A stretch of DNA of 64,000 nucleotides from Octopus vulgaris (GCA_951406725.2 OX597830.1:10664001-10728000), one strand, 5' to 3'; shown: positions 51,258 to 63,902, counted from the stretch's first letter. Notes: a model not told the origin generated them from the sequence alone. Made by a program: numbers and translations.

Positions 51258-52697
51258 AAGAATGCCTGGGATATAGATTTTCTCAAATACTCTGATGGCT
51301 CCCAAGAAGTAGTTGATAACTTTTGCTATTTAGGTGACCAGTGGCAGGAATATCCAGCAATCAGATCACTACACCTGATGTGATTCACTCGAAAATTACC
51401 CACAAACCAAAATCTATCCACCTCACCTAGAACTGGCTCCAGCAACAATTCCATGTTCTTGCACCTTCCTCTGAGCCTATCCAGTACTATAAATTCATTG
51501 CACCTCAGCTACTTGACAGAGAGTATTGATAGTCACAGCAGATGGAAGTGGACAGACCCAATCTGGCAGCACCTAAACAATGATGAATGGCAACAGCAAA
51601 AAAATAGACAGAGCCAAAAAAGAATTTGGACCTGGAGATCTCCATTTCCAGTGACTTCGAGGGCCACCTCCCAGTGGTGTTGGACATCAATGAAGAGCCT
51701 TCGACTACAACAAGACTACTAAAGTTTGTTTTTTTTCCAATGTCTGGGGTCTCCCGCTCTAAGCCCTAGATCATCACCTAATCACCCTTACCCGTCTTGT
51801 TGCTTAACAACAACAACAACAACAACAACAGCAAGTAACCACATTGTGACTGCAGCTACAATTACACCAAGAACAACAACATCCAAACTCTCTCAGCGTT
51901 TTTGTCATTTATAGTAACAACAGCGTTTTCTTTCCGTTTATGGAAATAATTAAAAATAGATTTCTGTCTTCTTCCTCATACAGACCAAATTAGCATTAGA
52001 AGTGGATGCTTCAACAAGAATAAAAAGGGGCTGGAGAAAGTTCATAGATGTCTAACCCTGTGATCATTGTCTTAAGAGACAGTTGCAGCTGCATCAGTCC
52101 ATGTCCCCCATCATTTGATGGGATGTAGAGTCTGTCTACATCTGTTTCTGGATGGAGTCAATTTTACTGAGCCTCTATCACCACTTCTCTTTCTCATGGC
52201 TTTCGTTCTTCTGTCATCATCATCATCATCATTATTTAGATGGCAAACTGACAAAACTGTTATCGCACTATGCGAAATGCTTACTAGCATCTCATCCGTC
52301 CTTACATTCTGAGTTCAAATTCTGCAGACACCAACTTTGCCTTTCGGTACCTGTACCGGTGACATGTAACAACTATCATTCAAACATAAGGCATCACAGA
52401 TGCTGGTGACGCATAACTGGGCCCCATGCTGGTGGCATGTGAAAAGCACAACTGGGCCTTGCAGAGGCAATGTGGCTGATATTGATGTCACATACATGGC
52501 GCCCCTGCTGGTGACATGTAAAAGCACTCATTACACTCTTGAAGTTGTTGGCATTAGGAAGGATATCCAGTTGTAGAAACCATACCAAATTAGACTGGAA
52601 TTTGGTACCTTACCAGCCCTGATCAATCCATCCAACCCATGCCATCATGAACAACGGACATTAAATCATCATGACATTAAATCATGATGATGATGAG

Positions 52698-52799
52698 GGT
52701 CGATAAAATAAGAGTACCAGTTGAACACTGGGGCTGATATAATCAACTTAGCCACCCCACTCTCCAAAATTGCTGGAGTTGTGCCAAAATTTGAAATAT

Positions 52800-52860
<61 letters not shown>

Positions 52861-53465
52861 TATTATTACTACTGAGGTGGTGAGGTGGCAGAATTGTCAG
52901 CATGCCAGGCAAAATACCTAGTGGAGGCATTTCATGGGGCTGTTCATTCTGAGTTCAAATTCCACCGAGGTCAAGTTTTCTTTTCATCCTTTTGGGGTCA
53001 ATAAATTAAGTACCAGTTAAACACTGGGGTCAATATAATTGACTTACCCCTTCCCTCAAAATTACTGGCCTTGCGTCAAAATTTGAAACCATTATTATTA
53101 TTATCGTTATCATTATTTTCTGCTGAGGTCGACTTTGCCTTTCATCCTTTCAAGGTCAATAAATTAAGTACCAGTTGCATACTGGGGTCGATCTTATCAA
53201 CTGGCACCTTCCCCCAAAATTTCGGGCCTTGTGCCTAGAGGAGAAAAGATTATTATTGTGATTAAGGTTGCAAGATGACAGAATCATCAGTGAGCTGGAC
53301 GAAATGCTTAGCGGAATTTTGTCCACTGCTACATTCTGGGTTCAAGTTCCACTGAGGTCAACTCTGCCTTTCATCTTTCCGGGGTCAATAAAATAAGTAC
53401 CAGTTAAACACTGGGGTCGACAAATCCCCACCTCTCCCAAGCAGACATTGTAGCAAAAATTTGAA
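52698..53465 (+). mobile_element. Cluster of four family A SINE copies or fragments separated by (TTA)n
   Basis: Cores near 52700, 52965, 53125 and 53355. Confidence 0.8.
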
Positions 53466-53482
53466 ATAATAATAATAATAAT

Positions 53483-53722
53483 CATCATCATCATCATCAT
53501 CATTTAGCGTCCGCCTTCCATGCTAGCATGGGTTGGACGGTTCAACTGGGGTCTGGGAAGCCAGGAGGCTGCACCAGGCCCAGTCTGATCTGGCAGAGTT
53601 TCTACAGCTGGATGCCCTTCCTAACGCCAACCACTCCACGTGTGTAGTGGGTGCTTTTTACGTGCCACCTGCACAGGTGCCAGACGGGGCTGGCAAACGG
53701 CCACGGACAGATGGTGCTTTTT
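53483..53722 (-). mobile_element. Family C repeat
   Basis: Near-identical inverse of 28815-29040. Confidence 0.85.
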
Positions 53723-53768
53723 AATAATAATAATAATAATAATAATTATTATTATTATTATTATTATT

Positions 53769-54232
53769 GAGTGAGCGAGCAGTGCATGCCATCAAAGTGA
53801 CACGGGGATAAAATACACGAAGCCCAGTATACCCATCGTGACTACCTGTCTGATAAGGGTACACCAGGCACATGCATCACAACCATATGTGCGTGACATA
53901 GTGAGCTCATATCAAGATTAACAGCGCATGACCTTGCAGGTGGGACCCAGTTAGAATTTTCTTCGGGTCGAGTAACCCATCCCACTCAAAAGGTCCCTGA
54001 AGAAAGATTGTTTAAGGATGTTGAACGAACCACCCATGTTTCCAGAGGTGAATTATTCAAACCCCAAAGAATCCCTCTCAACACATGGCTATGGTGCCCC
54101 CCCACTACTTCTGCTTGTGATCAGTGATGCACATATCGTCAACCACTAAGGGACATGCTCAACTGGTTAAGGTCAAACAACTGACAAGCAAATCTGTGGT
54201 ATTATGCAGAATATTTGCTGTAGCCCATCTTA
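53769..54232. mobile_element. Unclassified insertion within (TTA)n
   Basis: GC-elevated ~460-bp block sharply bounded by TTA repeats; possibly a microsatellite-targeting retroelement UTR. Confidence 0.35.
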
Positions 54233-55159
54233 TCATTATTATTATTGTTTTTGTTGCTGTTATTGTTATTATTACAAATAAGGTGGCAGGTTGACATTAT
54301 GAATAGAACACTGCACTAAATATTTCGTGTCATTGCTTTCAACTTAACATTTTGAGTTCAAATACCACTGGGATCGACTCTGACTTTCATCCTTGTGGGG
54401 TTGATAAAATAAGTACCAACAAAGAAGTGGGGTCAATGTAATCAACAAATGTACTCCCGTTAAAGTGCTAGCCATGTGCCAAGATGTAAAACTATTCTCA
54501 GACGTACTATCATCATCAACATTATTATTATTATTATCATTATCATTATTATTATTGTTATTAAAAGAAAAGTTATGACAAGACATTCAAACAAAAATTA
54601 AAAGAACCTTCCACTCTCTACTGTTCCACCACCACCACCACCACAAAGGGGACCAGGGTAGAAGTAGAGCAGAGGGGTGGCAGCAGATACAAGGAAAAGT
54701 CTGCAACAGATGATTCACAATGGGTGTAGTTCTAATAAAAAAAAACAAAAATAGGTAAATAAAAATATTAACCATGAAATTCTATGAACAAAAACAGAAT
54801 GTTTGTATGGTTGGTTTAGATAAGGAATGGGTTTATGGAGGAAGTGCGGGGAAGAATTCAGGATTATGGAAGGGTGGGCAAGGGTGGAGAGTGAGGTCAA
54901 CCTTCTAATGTTGAAACAGCAAATGAATTGTTGCTATATTTAAGGGACAACTTCATTTCTTGTCTAGATTCTTCACTATTTTTGCACCCTTTCTTTTTTT
55001 TTTTATCATTTTTTCCCATGCTAACCTAAATCAGATTGTGCTATCTGCAGAAGTGATCAGAACCAAGGATGCTTACCACAACATCGCTTCTTTTCTTTTC
55101 TTATTAATTTTTTTTTTTTTTTTTTGGAGCCTGAAGAAAAATCTGAAGTAAATTTTTTC

Positions 55160-56411
55160 TGCTATTTGAACAAGGCCAGCCATTTGGCAGGCATGGAGGT
55201 AGTTGATTGATTACATCAACCCCCAGATCTCAACAAGTACTTATTTCATCAACCCCGAAAAGGATGAAAGGCAAAGTTGACCTCGGCTGATTTTGAACTC
55301 AGAACGTGAAGACAGACAAAATACCGCTAAGCATTTTGCCAGACATGCAAATGGTTCTGTCAACTCACCACCTTAATAATGATGATGATGATGATGATGA
55401 TAATAATAATAATGATAATGACAATGAGAAGAAGAAGAAGAAGACGAAGAAGAAGAAGAAGAAGAAGAAGAAGAAAACGAAGAAGAAGAAAAAGACGATG
55501 AAGACGAAGAAGAAGAAAAAGAAGAAGAAGAAGAAGAAGAAGAAGAAGAAGAAGAAGAAGAAGAAGAAGAAGAAGAAAACGAAGAAGAAGAAAAAGACGA
55601 TGAAGACGAAGAAGAAGAAAAAGAAGAAAAAGAAGAAGAAGAAGAAGAAGAAGAAGAAGAAGAAGAAGAAGAAGAAGAAGAAGAAGAAGAAGAAGAAGAA
55701 GAAGAAGAAGAAGAAGAAGAAGAATCCTTTCTACCATGGGCACAAGGCCTGAAGTTACATCAACCCCAGTGCACAACTAGTACTTAATTTATCGACCCTG
55801 AAAGGATGAAAGAGAAAGTCGACCTTGGTGGAATTTGAACTGAGAACATAGCAATGGGTGAAATACCAATAAGCATTTCATCCAGCGTGCTAACGATTCT
55901 GCCAGCTCACCGCCTTATAATAATAATAATAACAATAATAATCCTTTCTACTATAGGCACAAGGCCTGAAGTTTTGGAGGAGGGGGCCAGTCGATTAGAT
56001 TGACCCCAGTGTTTCACTGGTACTTAATTTATTGACCCTGAATAGATGAAAGGCAAAGTCGCCCTTGGCAGAATTTGAACTCAGAACAGCTACAGACAAA
56101 ATACTGCTAAGCGTTTCGCCCGGTGTGCTAACGTTTCTGCCAGCTCACCGCCTTACAATAATAATAATAATAATAATAATAATGGTTTCAAATTTTGTCA
56201 CAAGCGCAGCAATTTTGGGGTAGGGGATGAGTCAGTTACATACACCCCAGTGTTCAACTGGTATTTAATTTATCGACCCCTAAAGGATGAAAGGCAAAGT
56301 CTACCTAGGCAGAATTTGAACTCAGAACATGCAGATGGACAAAATGCCGCTAAGCATTTTGCCCAGCATGCAAATGATTCTGCCAGCTTGCCACTTTAAT
56401 ACTACTACTAC

Positions 56412-56459
<48 letters not shown>

Positions 56460-56650
56460 CCTTACTGCAATAGGCACAAGGCCTGAAATTTGGGGGAGGG
56501 GGTACTTGACCCTAGTACTTATTTTATTTACCCTGAAAAGATGAAAGGCAAAGTTGACCTCAGCAGAATTTGAACTCAGAACATTAAGAGGGAACTAACG
56601 CTGCTGAGCATTTTGCTGGGTGTGCTAACAATTCTGCCAGTTCACCTCCT
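55160..56650 (-). mobile_element. Array of five family A SINEs separated by (TAA)n/(AAG)n
   Basis: Copies at ~55160, 55725, 55942, 56184 and 56460, all on the minus strand. Confidence 0.85.
55426..55723. repeat. (AAG)n tract with ~102-bp internal duplication
   Basis: aaaacgaagaagaagaaaaagacgatgaagacg at ~55474 and ~55576. Confidence 0.9.
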
Positions 56651-56804
56651 GAATAATATTAATAACTGTCATAATTAAGCTGTTGTTTGGAATATAAATT
56701 AACGTGAAATTTTAACGGAGCTTTTAATTTAGATCATTTTAAATGAGGGAATTTACGTTATAGGACCAAGGACGTTTCAGGTGGTTTGGTATTAAAAGCA
56801 TGTT

Positions 56805-57197
56805 ACATCTTTGGCCAAACCCTCATCAACTTTTACAAGTTTCACTTGAAAAGGAAATTGAGGATGGAGAAGGAAGTGTTGTAGCGAGTTTGTTGAAAGG
56901 TGGGTGAATGTTGGAAGAATGGCCAGTGCGAAAGGACCAAGTCTGAGCATGCACCTGTAAGAAATAAATGAAGGGCTCTTGCCCTGTTGATTAGACACCT
57001 GTTGTTTTTGTGGGGTTTTTGCATGAGGACCTTAAAGCAGCTCCCCTATTGGGAGTTTATAGTTTGTTCAGTTTTTTTTGTTATTACATTGTGTACATGT
57101 GAAAACCCATTGTATCGTCCCTGATTTTGTCTTTAATGTTGTTATATGTCTTTTAATGTTATTTTATGTAAGCCCTTGTGGCCAATAAAAGAATAAA

Positions 57198-57198
<1 letters not shown>
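56805..57198 (+). mobile_element. Probable L1/Tx1-like LINE 3' fragment
   Basis: GQTLINFYKFHLKRKLRMEKEVL / EFVERWVNVGRMA-like C-terminus, T-rich UTR, ends agcccttgtggccAATAAAagaata. Confidence 0.45.
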
Positions 57199-57261
<63 letters not shown>

Positions 57262-57276
57262 CATTATTATTATTAT

Positions 57277-58055
57277 TAAGGCGGCGAGCTGGCAGAAATG
57301 TTAGCATGCCAGGTGAAATGCTAGCTATATTTTGTCTGCCACTACGTTCTGAGTTCAAATTCCGCCGGGGTCGAATTTACCTTTAATCTTTTCTGGGTTG
57401 GTAAATTAAGTGCCAGTTGCATACTGAGGTCGATCTAATTGACTGGCCCCCACCCCTTAAAATTTCAGGCCTTGTGTCTAGAGTAGAAAAGATTATTGAT
57501 ATAACTATATACAGCATCGTGAAATATATTTTCCACTTAAATGTGGCTAACCCTTAAGGGTTGATGCTACTGTAGCTTGTAGACCCAGGAGGACACCTCC
57601 TCCAGCTGGCTATTGACACACTATCTGTGCCCTATCAGTATTTGCAAATGGAAGTCATCCTTACATCACATCAGGATGAAGATGGGAAGGATGGTTTCCC
57701 TTTGCAAATACTGATAGGGCACAGATAGTGTGTCAATAGCCAGCTGGAGGAGGTGTCCTCCTGGGTCTACAAGCTACAGTAGCATCAACCCTTAAGGGTT
57801 AAGTGGTAAATATACTTCACAATGCTGTATATAGTTATATCAATAATCCTTTCTATCATAGGCACAAGGCCTGAAATTTTGGGGGTAGGGACCAGTCAAT
57901 TAGATCAACCTCAGTACACATCTGGCACTTAATTTATCAACCCCAAAAGGATTAAAGGCAAAGTTGACCTGAGCAGAATTTGAACTCAGAATGTAGTGAC
58001 GGATGAAATACAGCTTTCACCTGGCATGCTAACGTTTCTGCCAGCTCGCCACTTT
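57277..58055. repeat. ~780-bp compound inverted repeat: SINE A(+), foldback element, SINE A(-)
   Basis: SINE A + at 57277-57495; foldback 57491-57848 with perfect 101-bp arms (57548-57648 and 57701-57801); SINE A - at 57845-58055. Confidence 0.85.
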
Positions 58056-58241
58056 AATATCATTCAGTACCTTGATTGCTTGCCCCGCAGACCCCAGTCA
58101 CTTCACAAAATTTTCAAAGATTTCAAGTTTAATATGTAATGGAGGGAACACAATTAGCTCAGATGAAACTAGTGGTACATTATGAATGCTTTTATTCCCT
58201 GATCTCCATTCATGACATGGTGGCCAATCCTGCCAAATGTA

Positions 58242-58458
58242 TGCAGTGGTACTGAAAAGTTCCTGGCTTTAAGGGTATCACAAAAGGCCTGGTTGAAGAC
58301 CCAAACCTCCAAGTCCTTCTACAGGGTTTAGAAAAACTGAAGGACCACAGCAATATGTGTGTGAATCTGAGAAGGGAATATGTTGGGTAAAATCATAATT
58401 AATTGATCCTCATGTATCTTCTTTGACCCAAAGCCAGGAACTTTTCAGTACCCCCTTG
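58242..58458 (+). mobile_element. Internally deleted mariner element
   Basis: TIR cores GGTACTGAAAAGTTCCTGGCTTT and AAAGCCAGGAACTTTTCAGTACC; remnant ..LEKLKDHSNMCVNLRREYVG* resembles a mariner C-terminus (KL..RW.KC+..G.YVE). Confidence 0.8.
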
Positions 58459-58532
58459 TGGTATTCACTTCAATCCTGGCTGTCCCACAGACAAAACTTG
58501 TGTAGCTCTTTTTTAACTATATATTGTATGGT

Positions 58533-58780
58533 GGAGGTGCGTGGCTTAGTGGTTAGGGGTGTCAGCATCATGATCATATGATTGTGGTTTCAATTCCTGG
58601 GCCGGGCAACATGTTGTGTTCTTGAGCAAAACACTTCATTTCACGTTGCTCCAGTCCTCGCAGCTGGCAAAAATGAGTAACGCTGCGATGGACTGGCGTC
58701 CTGTCCAGCTGGGGAACACATACGCCATTGAAACCGGGAAACTGGGCCCATGAGCCTGGCTGGGCTTTAAAAGGGTACAT
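58533..58780 (+). mobile_element. tRNA-derived SINE family D (head H1 + tail T2)
   Basis: A and B boxes, CTTGAGCAAAACACTT, then CTGCGATGGACTGGCGTCCTGTCCAG tail. Confidence 0.85.
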
Positions 58781-59807
58781 TTATATTGTTTTTATATATT
58801 GTATGATAACGCAGTAGAAGGATGTTATATCCCAGATATAATAATATACCATATGATAAAATAGAAGTATATTATATCCTAGATATCATTATAATCTTTA
58901 TATTAGCAGAGTAGAAATATGCTGTATCAGAAACACTCCAAGACAAAACTTCAGCATGCAAATTTTTTATTGTAAATACTGTCTAAATTTCAAATATAGG
59001 GTTTGGTTTGTTTATGAGAGTCCCAATCCCCTTCCATAGAACAAAATTTCAAAAATACACAAAGCAAAAACGAATTACATAGAAGTTCTTTGTATGTAAA
59101 ATATAAAGTGATTTCTGTTTGTGAAAATATTCCATCCCAACACAGACAATCCTAGCTGAAGCTGTTACTGACAAAACTCGTTTCCATTCTTTTTTTTGTG
59201 TCATTTTTCAATTTGAAACATTTAGATGTAAATTCTAAATATTGTTTTGCCATCTGTTGTTGTTTACTAGCTTCAGTCATCGCACTGAGGCCATGCTGGA
59301 ACACAACCATGAAGAGTTTTAAGTCGAACAAATCGACCCCAGTACTAATAGCTCTTTTTCTTTTTTTTTTTATGAATGGTAATTACTTTAACAGTCCCTT
59401 TTCTTGCTGAATCACTAGGTTATAGGGACATAAACAAAGCAACACTGGTCATTAAGTGGCAGGGAAGAAGGGACAAGCACACACAATATATATATATATA
59501 TATGACGAGCTGCAGTAATGTTAACATGCCAGGTGAAATGCTCAGCAGTATTTTGTCTGTCTTTACTTTCTGAGGTCAAATTCCACCAAGGTCGACTTTG
59601 CCTTTCATCCTTTCTGGGTCGATAAATTGAGTACCAGTTGCATACTGGAGTCGATCCAATCGACTGGCCCTCTCCCCAAAAATTTAAACTCAAGCCTTGT
59701 GCCTAGAATAGAAAAGTATATACATCATCATCATCATCATCATCGTCGTTTAACGTCCGCTTTCCATGCTAGCATATACATATAAATATTTAAACATATA
59801 TATGACT

Positions 59808-60125
59808 TTTAAAATCTGTATTTGTATTATTATCTTACCTATTGATTTATATAATATTTTGTATGCTTTTGATGTCCTCATTTGTAAAATGAATAAATAA
59901 TCCAACATTCTAATATCCAAAAGTTGATGAACAAACCAAATTTGTTTCTCCATTTTCTTATTTGTTTTATAAATTTACGGTAAAAATATTTCTTTACCTT
60001 CACCCATTTAATACAATAAATGAATTAATTGCATTGCAAATAAAAACATTTATGTATTAAGAATTTGGGTACTTTACCAACAGTATATTGGATAAATGAT
60101 ATCCCATAGTGGGTTACACCCATAA
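59808..60125 (+). mobile_element. Second fragment of the Penelope-like family seen at 13.1 kb
   Basis: aaatgaataaataatc.aacattctaatatcc.aaagttgatgaacaaac.aaatttgtttctccattttcttatttgt is shared with 13160-13238. Confidence 0.6.
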
Positions 60126-60140
60126 CCCCTATCTTACTTT

Positions 60141-60196
<56 letters not shown>

Positions 60197-60717
60197 AATA
60201 TATATATACAAACACAATGGGGTCACACAAATTTTCCATCAACCAAATTCACTCACAAGGCATAGGTCAGCCTGGATCTATAGTAGAAGACATTTGCCCA
60301 AGGTGCCACACAATAGGATTGAACCTAAAATCACATGGCTGCAAAGGGAGCTTCTTAACCACACAGCCATACTTCTGTCTGTTGTACAAATTTGTAAAAA
60401 GGAAAAAAAAATTTACCAGTTGTTTCCTTAAAACTGCTATGGCTTCTTTTAAAAGATTTATCATTAACCTTTAAAATAAGAGCTGTGAAGACCCAAGGCA
60501 CTAAGATAATATTTGTCAAAAACCTTAATTGAGTTTTACAATTATAATGCAAATTAAAAAAATCTTAGAAGAAAATTTGACATTTTTGATAATTTCCTAA
60601 GTATTTTTAAAGGAGAGTGTTTGCGGATAATGGATGTGAGAAGTTGGTTTTACTGAGCTGCAATTATCGGTAGATTTAGATAAATTAAACGAGCTGTGGA
60701 TTTTTATTTATTCAATA

Positions 60718-61150
60718 ATCCTTTCTCCTAATAAGCACAAGACCTGAAATTTGGGGGAGGCGAATAGTTGATTACATCAGCTCCAGTATAAAACTGGTAC
60801 TTAATTTATTGACCCAGAAAGGATGAAAGGCAAAGTCGACCTCGGTGGAATTTGAACTCAGAACGTAAAGCCAGACAAAATACCACTAAGCATTTCACCT
60901 GGGATACTAACGATTCTGCCAGCTTGTCACCTGTATTTAGTCAATAGTAGTCCTTCAATGGCGATGAGCTGGCAGAAACGTTAGCATGCTGGGTGAAATG
61001 CTTAGTGGTATTTCGTCAGTCTTTACATTCTGAGTTCAAACTCCACTGAGGTCAACTTTGCCTTTCAACCTTTCGAGGTTGATAAATTACGTACCAGTCG
61101 TATACTGGGGTCAATCTAATCAACTGGCCTCCTCCTCTAAAATTTTGGGC
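60718..61150. mobile_element. Head-to-head inverted pair of family A SINEs (- 60718-60932; + 60959-61150)
   Basis: Complementary cores; the heads are about 25 bp apart. Confidence 0.85.
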
Positions 61151-62054
61151 CTTCATCCAGGTTGGTATCAAAAGGGTTAAGGATTGTTTCTCTATTATAT
61201 ATTTTAACCTTTTGGTTACCATATTTCGGTTTCAGCCAAGTTGGTAACGAAAGGGTTAAAACTGGCCAGAACTGACCACTCACACCTGACCTTCAATGTC
61301 ATTCTAAACACAAGCATCCACATCATTGAAATCTCAAAGCTGGAAGATAATGCATGAATTCAAGACAATGTGAATAGACAGGCATTACATTTCACAAAGT
61401 AATCTAAAAGCAAAAGGGTTAAAGTAGGTACCAGTTATAAACTGGGTTTCTGTTCAGATGGTTATACCAACACACACACACACACACTTTATATTTGTGG
61501 CGCAATGCCAATGTAAGGAAAAACAATGATGCAACTGTTGGGTGTTTTTCAAAACAAGAATATAAAATCTGATAAATTGTTTCCTTTGGCCAATACCTGG
61601 GTTCTTGTGATTTCCAACAAGTGTGACACTCCCAAGGAAACTAGCAAGCATATCTTGTCTTGTTTTGTTTGTACAGTCAACGAAAATTATTAGAAAATTA
61701 GTCAAAATAATAATTGAGATAATAATCTATATATATATTTCATGATGGAGTGATGATGGCTTTTGATGTAATTTTGGAGGTTATTTCTTTATTTTTTTTT
61801 TGTCTTTACACTTAAATAATGTTGCTTCCGTTTTTGTTTTAAATATGTAGGTTGAAAACTCCAAGAACAATAGAACTGGTAAGGTCACAGCAATGTTGAG
61901 TTCATTGATAGTGATGACAAAGGAAAGAACTATTTAAGGAAAAGAAAAAAAGAACATGTTAGGTGGAATATATCAGATGTGTATGCAAGGTAGCGAGCTG
62001 GCAGAACCCTTACCATCATCATCATCACCATCATCATCATCATCTTCATTATCA

Positions 62055-62455
62055 TCATCATCATTTAACATCCATTGTCCATACTGGACGGTTTGACTGG
62101 GGCCGGTAAGCTGGAAAGCTGCACCAAACTTTAATTTGATTTGGCATAGTTTTCTAAGGTCAGATGCCCTTCCTAATGCCAACCACTCCGAGAGCGTAAT
62201 GGGTGCTTTTATATGTCACTGACACAGTGCCATTTGTGTGACACCAATATCTGCCATGACTGTGATTTTGCTCGGCTTGATGGGTCTTCTTCACAAGCAT
62301 GACATAAAGCCAAAGGTCTCGGTCATTGCCTCCGTGAGGCCCAACACTTGAAAGGAACTCAGCCACTTTGCCTCCATGAGGCCCAACGCTTGAAACGAAC
62401 TCAGCCCAGTGCTCAAAAGGAACTCAGCCACTTTGCTTCTATGAGGCCCAACGCT
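62055..62455 (-). mobile_element. Family C repeat with tandemly repeated ~41-bp 5' segment
   Basis: ttgcctcc.tgaggcccaac.cttgaaa.gaactcagcc about three times in 62326-62455. Confidence 0.7.
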
Positions 62456-63349
62456 CAGCAGTATTTCATCTGTCTTCACGTTCTGAGTTCAAATTCAGCC
62501 ATGGTCGACTTTGCCTTTCATCATTTAGGGGTTGATAAATTAAGTACCAGTTTTAAATCTCCTTCCCCCAAATTGCAGGCCTTGTGCCAAAATTTGAAAT
62601 CAATATGTGTGTTTGTGTATGCGTTTAGGGTTTCTGTATTTTTTACATGTTTGGTTAGCAATCACATGATGATGGGTTCAATACCAGTGCATGGCGCCAA
62701 GTGAAAGTGTATAGCCCCATGTTGAGTTGATCAATACCCTGCGAATGGAAACTGTTTGGAAGCTCATTATCTATGTTATATATGATGCTCTTCCTGCCAA
62801 CAACCCTTACCTGTTCCCTAGCAAGGTAATAACACTTTTTTCCATGACTGGTATGTTCCCATGGATGATCAGAAACAAATGACACTGCTTGTATGACAGT
62901 GAAACTCATTTACAACAATCACATGATACTGAGACAAGGAGGTACAGACACAACTATACACACATCACGGTATCAACCAGACTATCAGACATTGTTATAC
63001 ATCGCTGGTCACAATGCACTTCACACAGTTTTAGCTTTTGAATGATGCCACTCCACTGGGTGGGGTGAGCAGGCTAACTTTTTCCCTGATTGGAAGACTA
63101 GTCTATTGCAGAGTTTCCCATTAATGGCTGAGTATACTGCAGCAACATGAATGAAGTGTTTTGCTCAAGAACAAAACACACTGCCCAGTCCAGGAACTGA
63201 ACCCATGATCTGGGGATTGTGAATGTATTACACAAACCACTAGGTCACACATCATTACATATACATATATTCTTTTTAGAAATATTGAATTTCTAAATGT
63301 CTCATAGAGACATGAGCGGTGGTGGAGTGATAGAGTGGTTGTATAAAGT

Positions 63350-63594
63350 AAACATAACGTGACAGTCCCATAAAGGGAATTACACCACCGCTGTTTAGCC
63401 CTAGGTAGCATCGAACGCTTCCTGTCGGCTTTGACACATTTCCTGTGTCCTTATATTTGCAAAGGGGAGGCAAGCACCCCCACCAGCTAGGACTAGCAAC
63501 CTGAAGACATGCATGTTTCTGGGTCTTGCCCGTCATCAGTCCAGGGTAGCGAGTCCCCGCTAGCGGTGATACTTGCCAAGCCTTTGCAAATATA
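63350..63594. mobile_element. Foldback element (one arm truncated) with intact apex hammerhead
   Basis: 63452-63465 pairs with 63581-63594. Arm motifs aacataac.tg.cagtcc, tttagccc.agg and ctgtg.cc..tatttgcaaa are shared with the 2.7, 50.7 and 57.5 kb copies. Confidence 0.7.
63500..63545 (-). ncRNA. Type I hammerhead ribozyme, intact core
   Basis: Minus strand CCTGGA-CTGATGA-cGGGcaagaCCCa-GAAA-CATGCATG-TC-TTCAGG: 6-bp stem I, palindromic stem III, GUC triplet. Confidence 0.8.
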
Positions 63595-63744
63595 TCTATT
63601 TACAGTGAAATCTATTCAGTGGTCACCGTAATTAGTTCACTGGTCACCATAAGGATTTCAAATATCAAAGTCCAATGAAAATGTATATTCCTTTACACTT
63701 GTATAGCCTTTACACTTACATCTATATATATATATATATGTATA

Positions 63745-63899
63745 CAACAGGCTTCTTTCAGTTTCCACCTACCAAATCCACTCACAAGGCTTTGGTCAGC
63801 CTGAGGCTATAGTAGAAGACACTTGCTAAAGGGGTCACATTGTGGGACTGAATACAGAACCATGTAGTTGGGAAGCAAGGTTCTTACCACACACCCACA

Positions 63900-63902
<3 letters not shown>
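63745..63902 (-). mobile_element. SINE family B 5' half
   Basis: Family B head, B box and CORE-like segment on the minus strand. Confidence 0.75.

Noticed and set aside
51270-52090. Scattered RT-like words (EVVDNFCYLGD; RIKRGWRKF), also 22900-23150
   Set aside because: Probably very old LINE debris, but too fragmentary to delimit or classify.
55306-55776. Poly-Lys and poly-Leu ORFs
   Set aside because: (AAG)n tract between SINEs.
62326-62400. HDV-like ribozyme on the minus strand
   Set aside because: A P4-like hairpin is present, but P1, P2 and a canonical P3/L3 could not be assigned.
63091-63109. miR-7-like TGGAAGACTAGT
   Set aside because: Only 12 nt match, inside a SINE, with no precursor hairpin.
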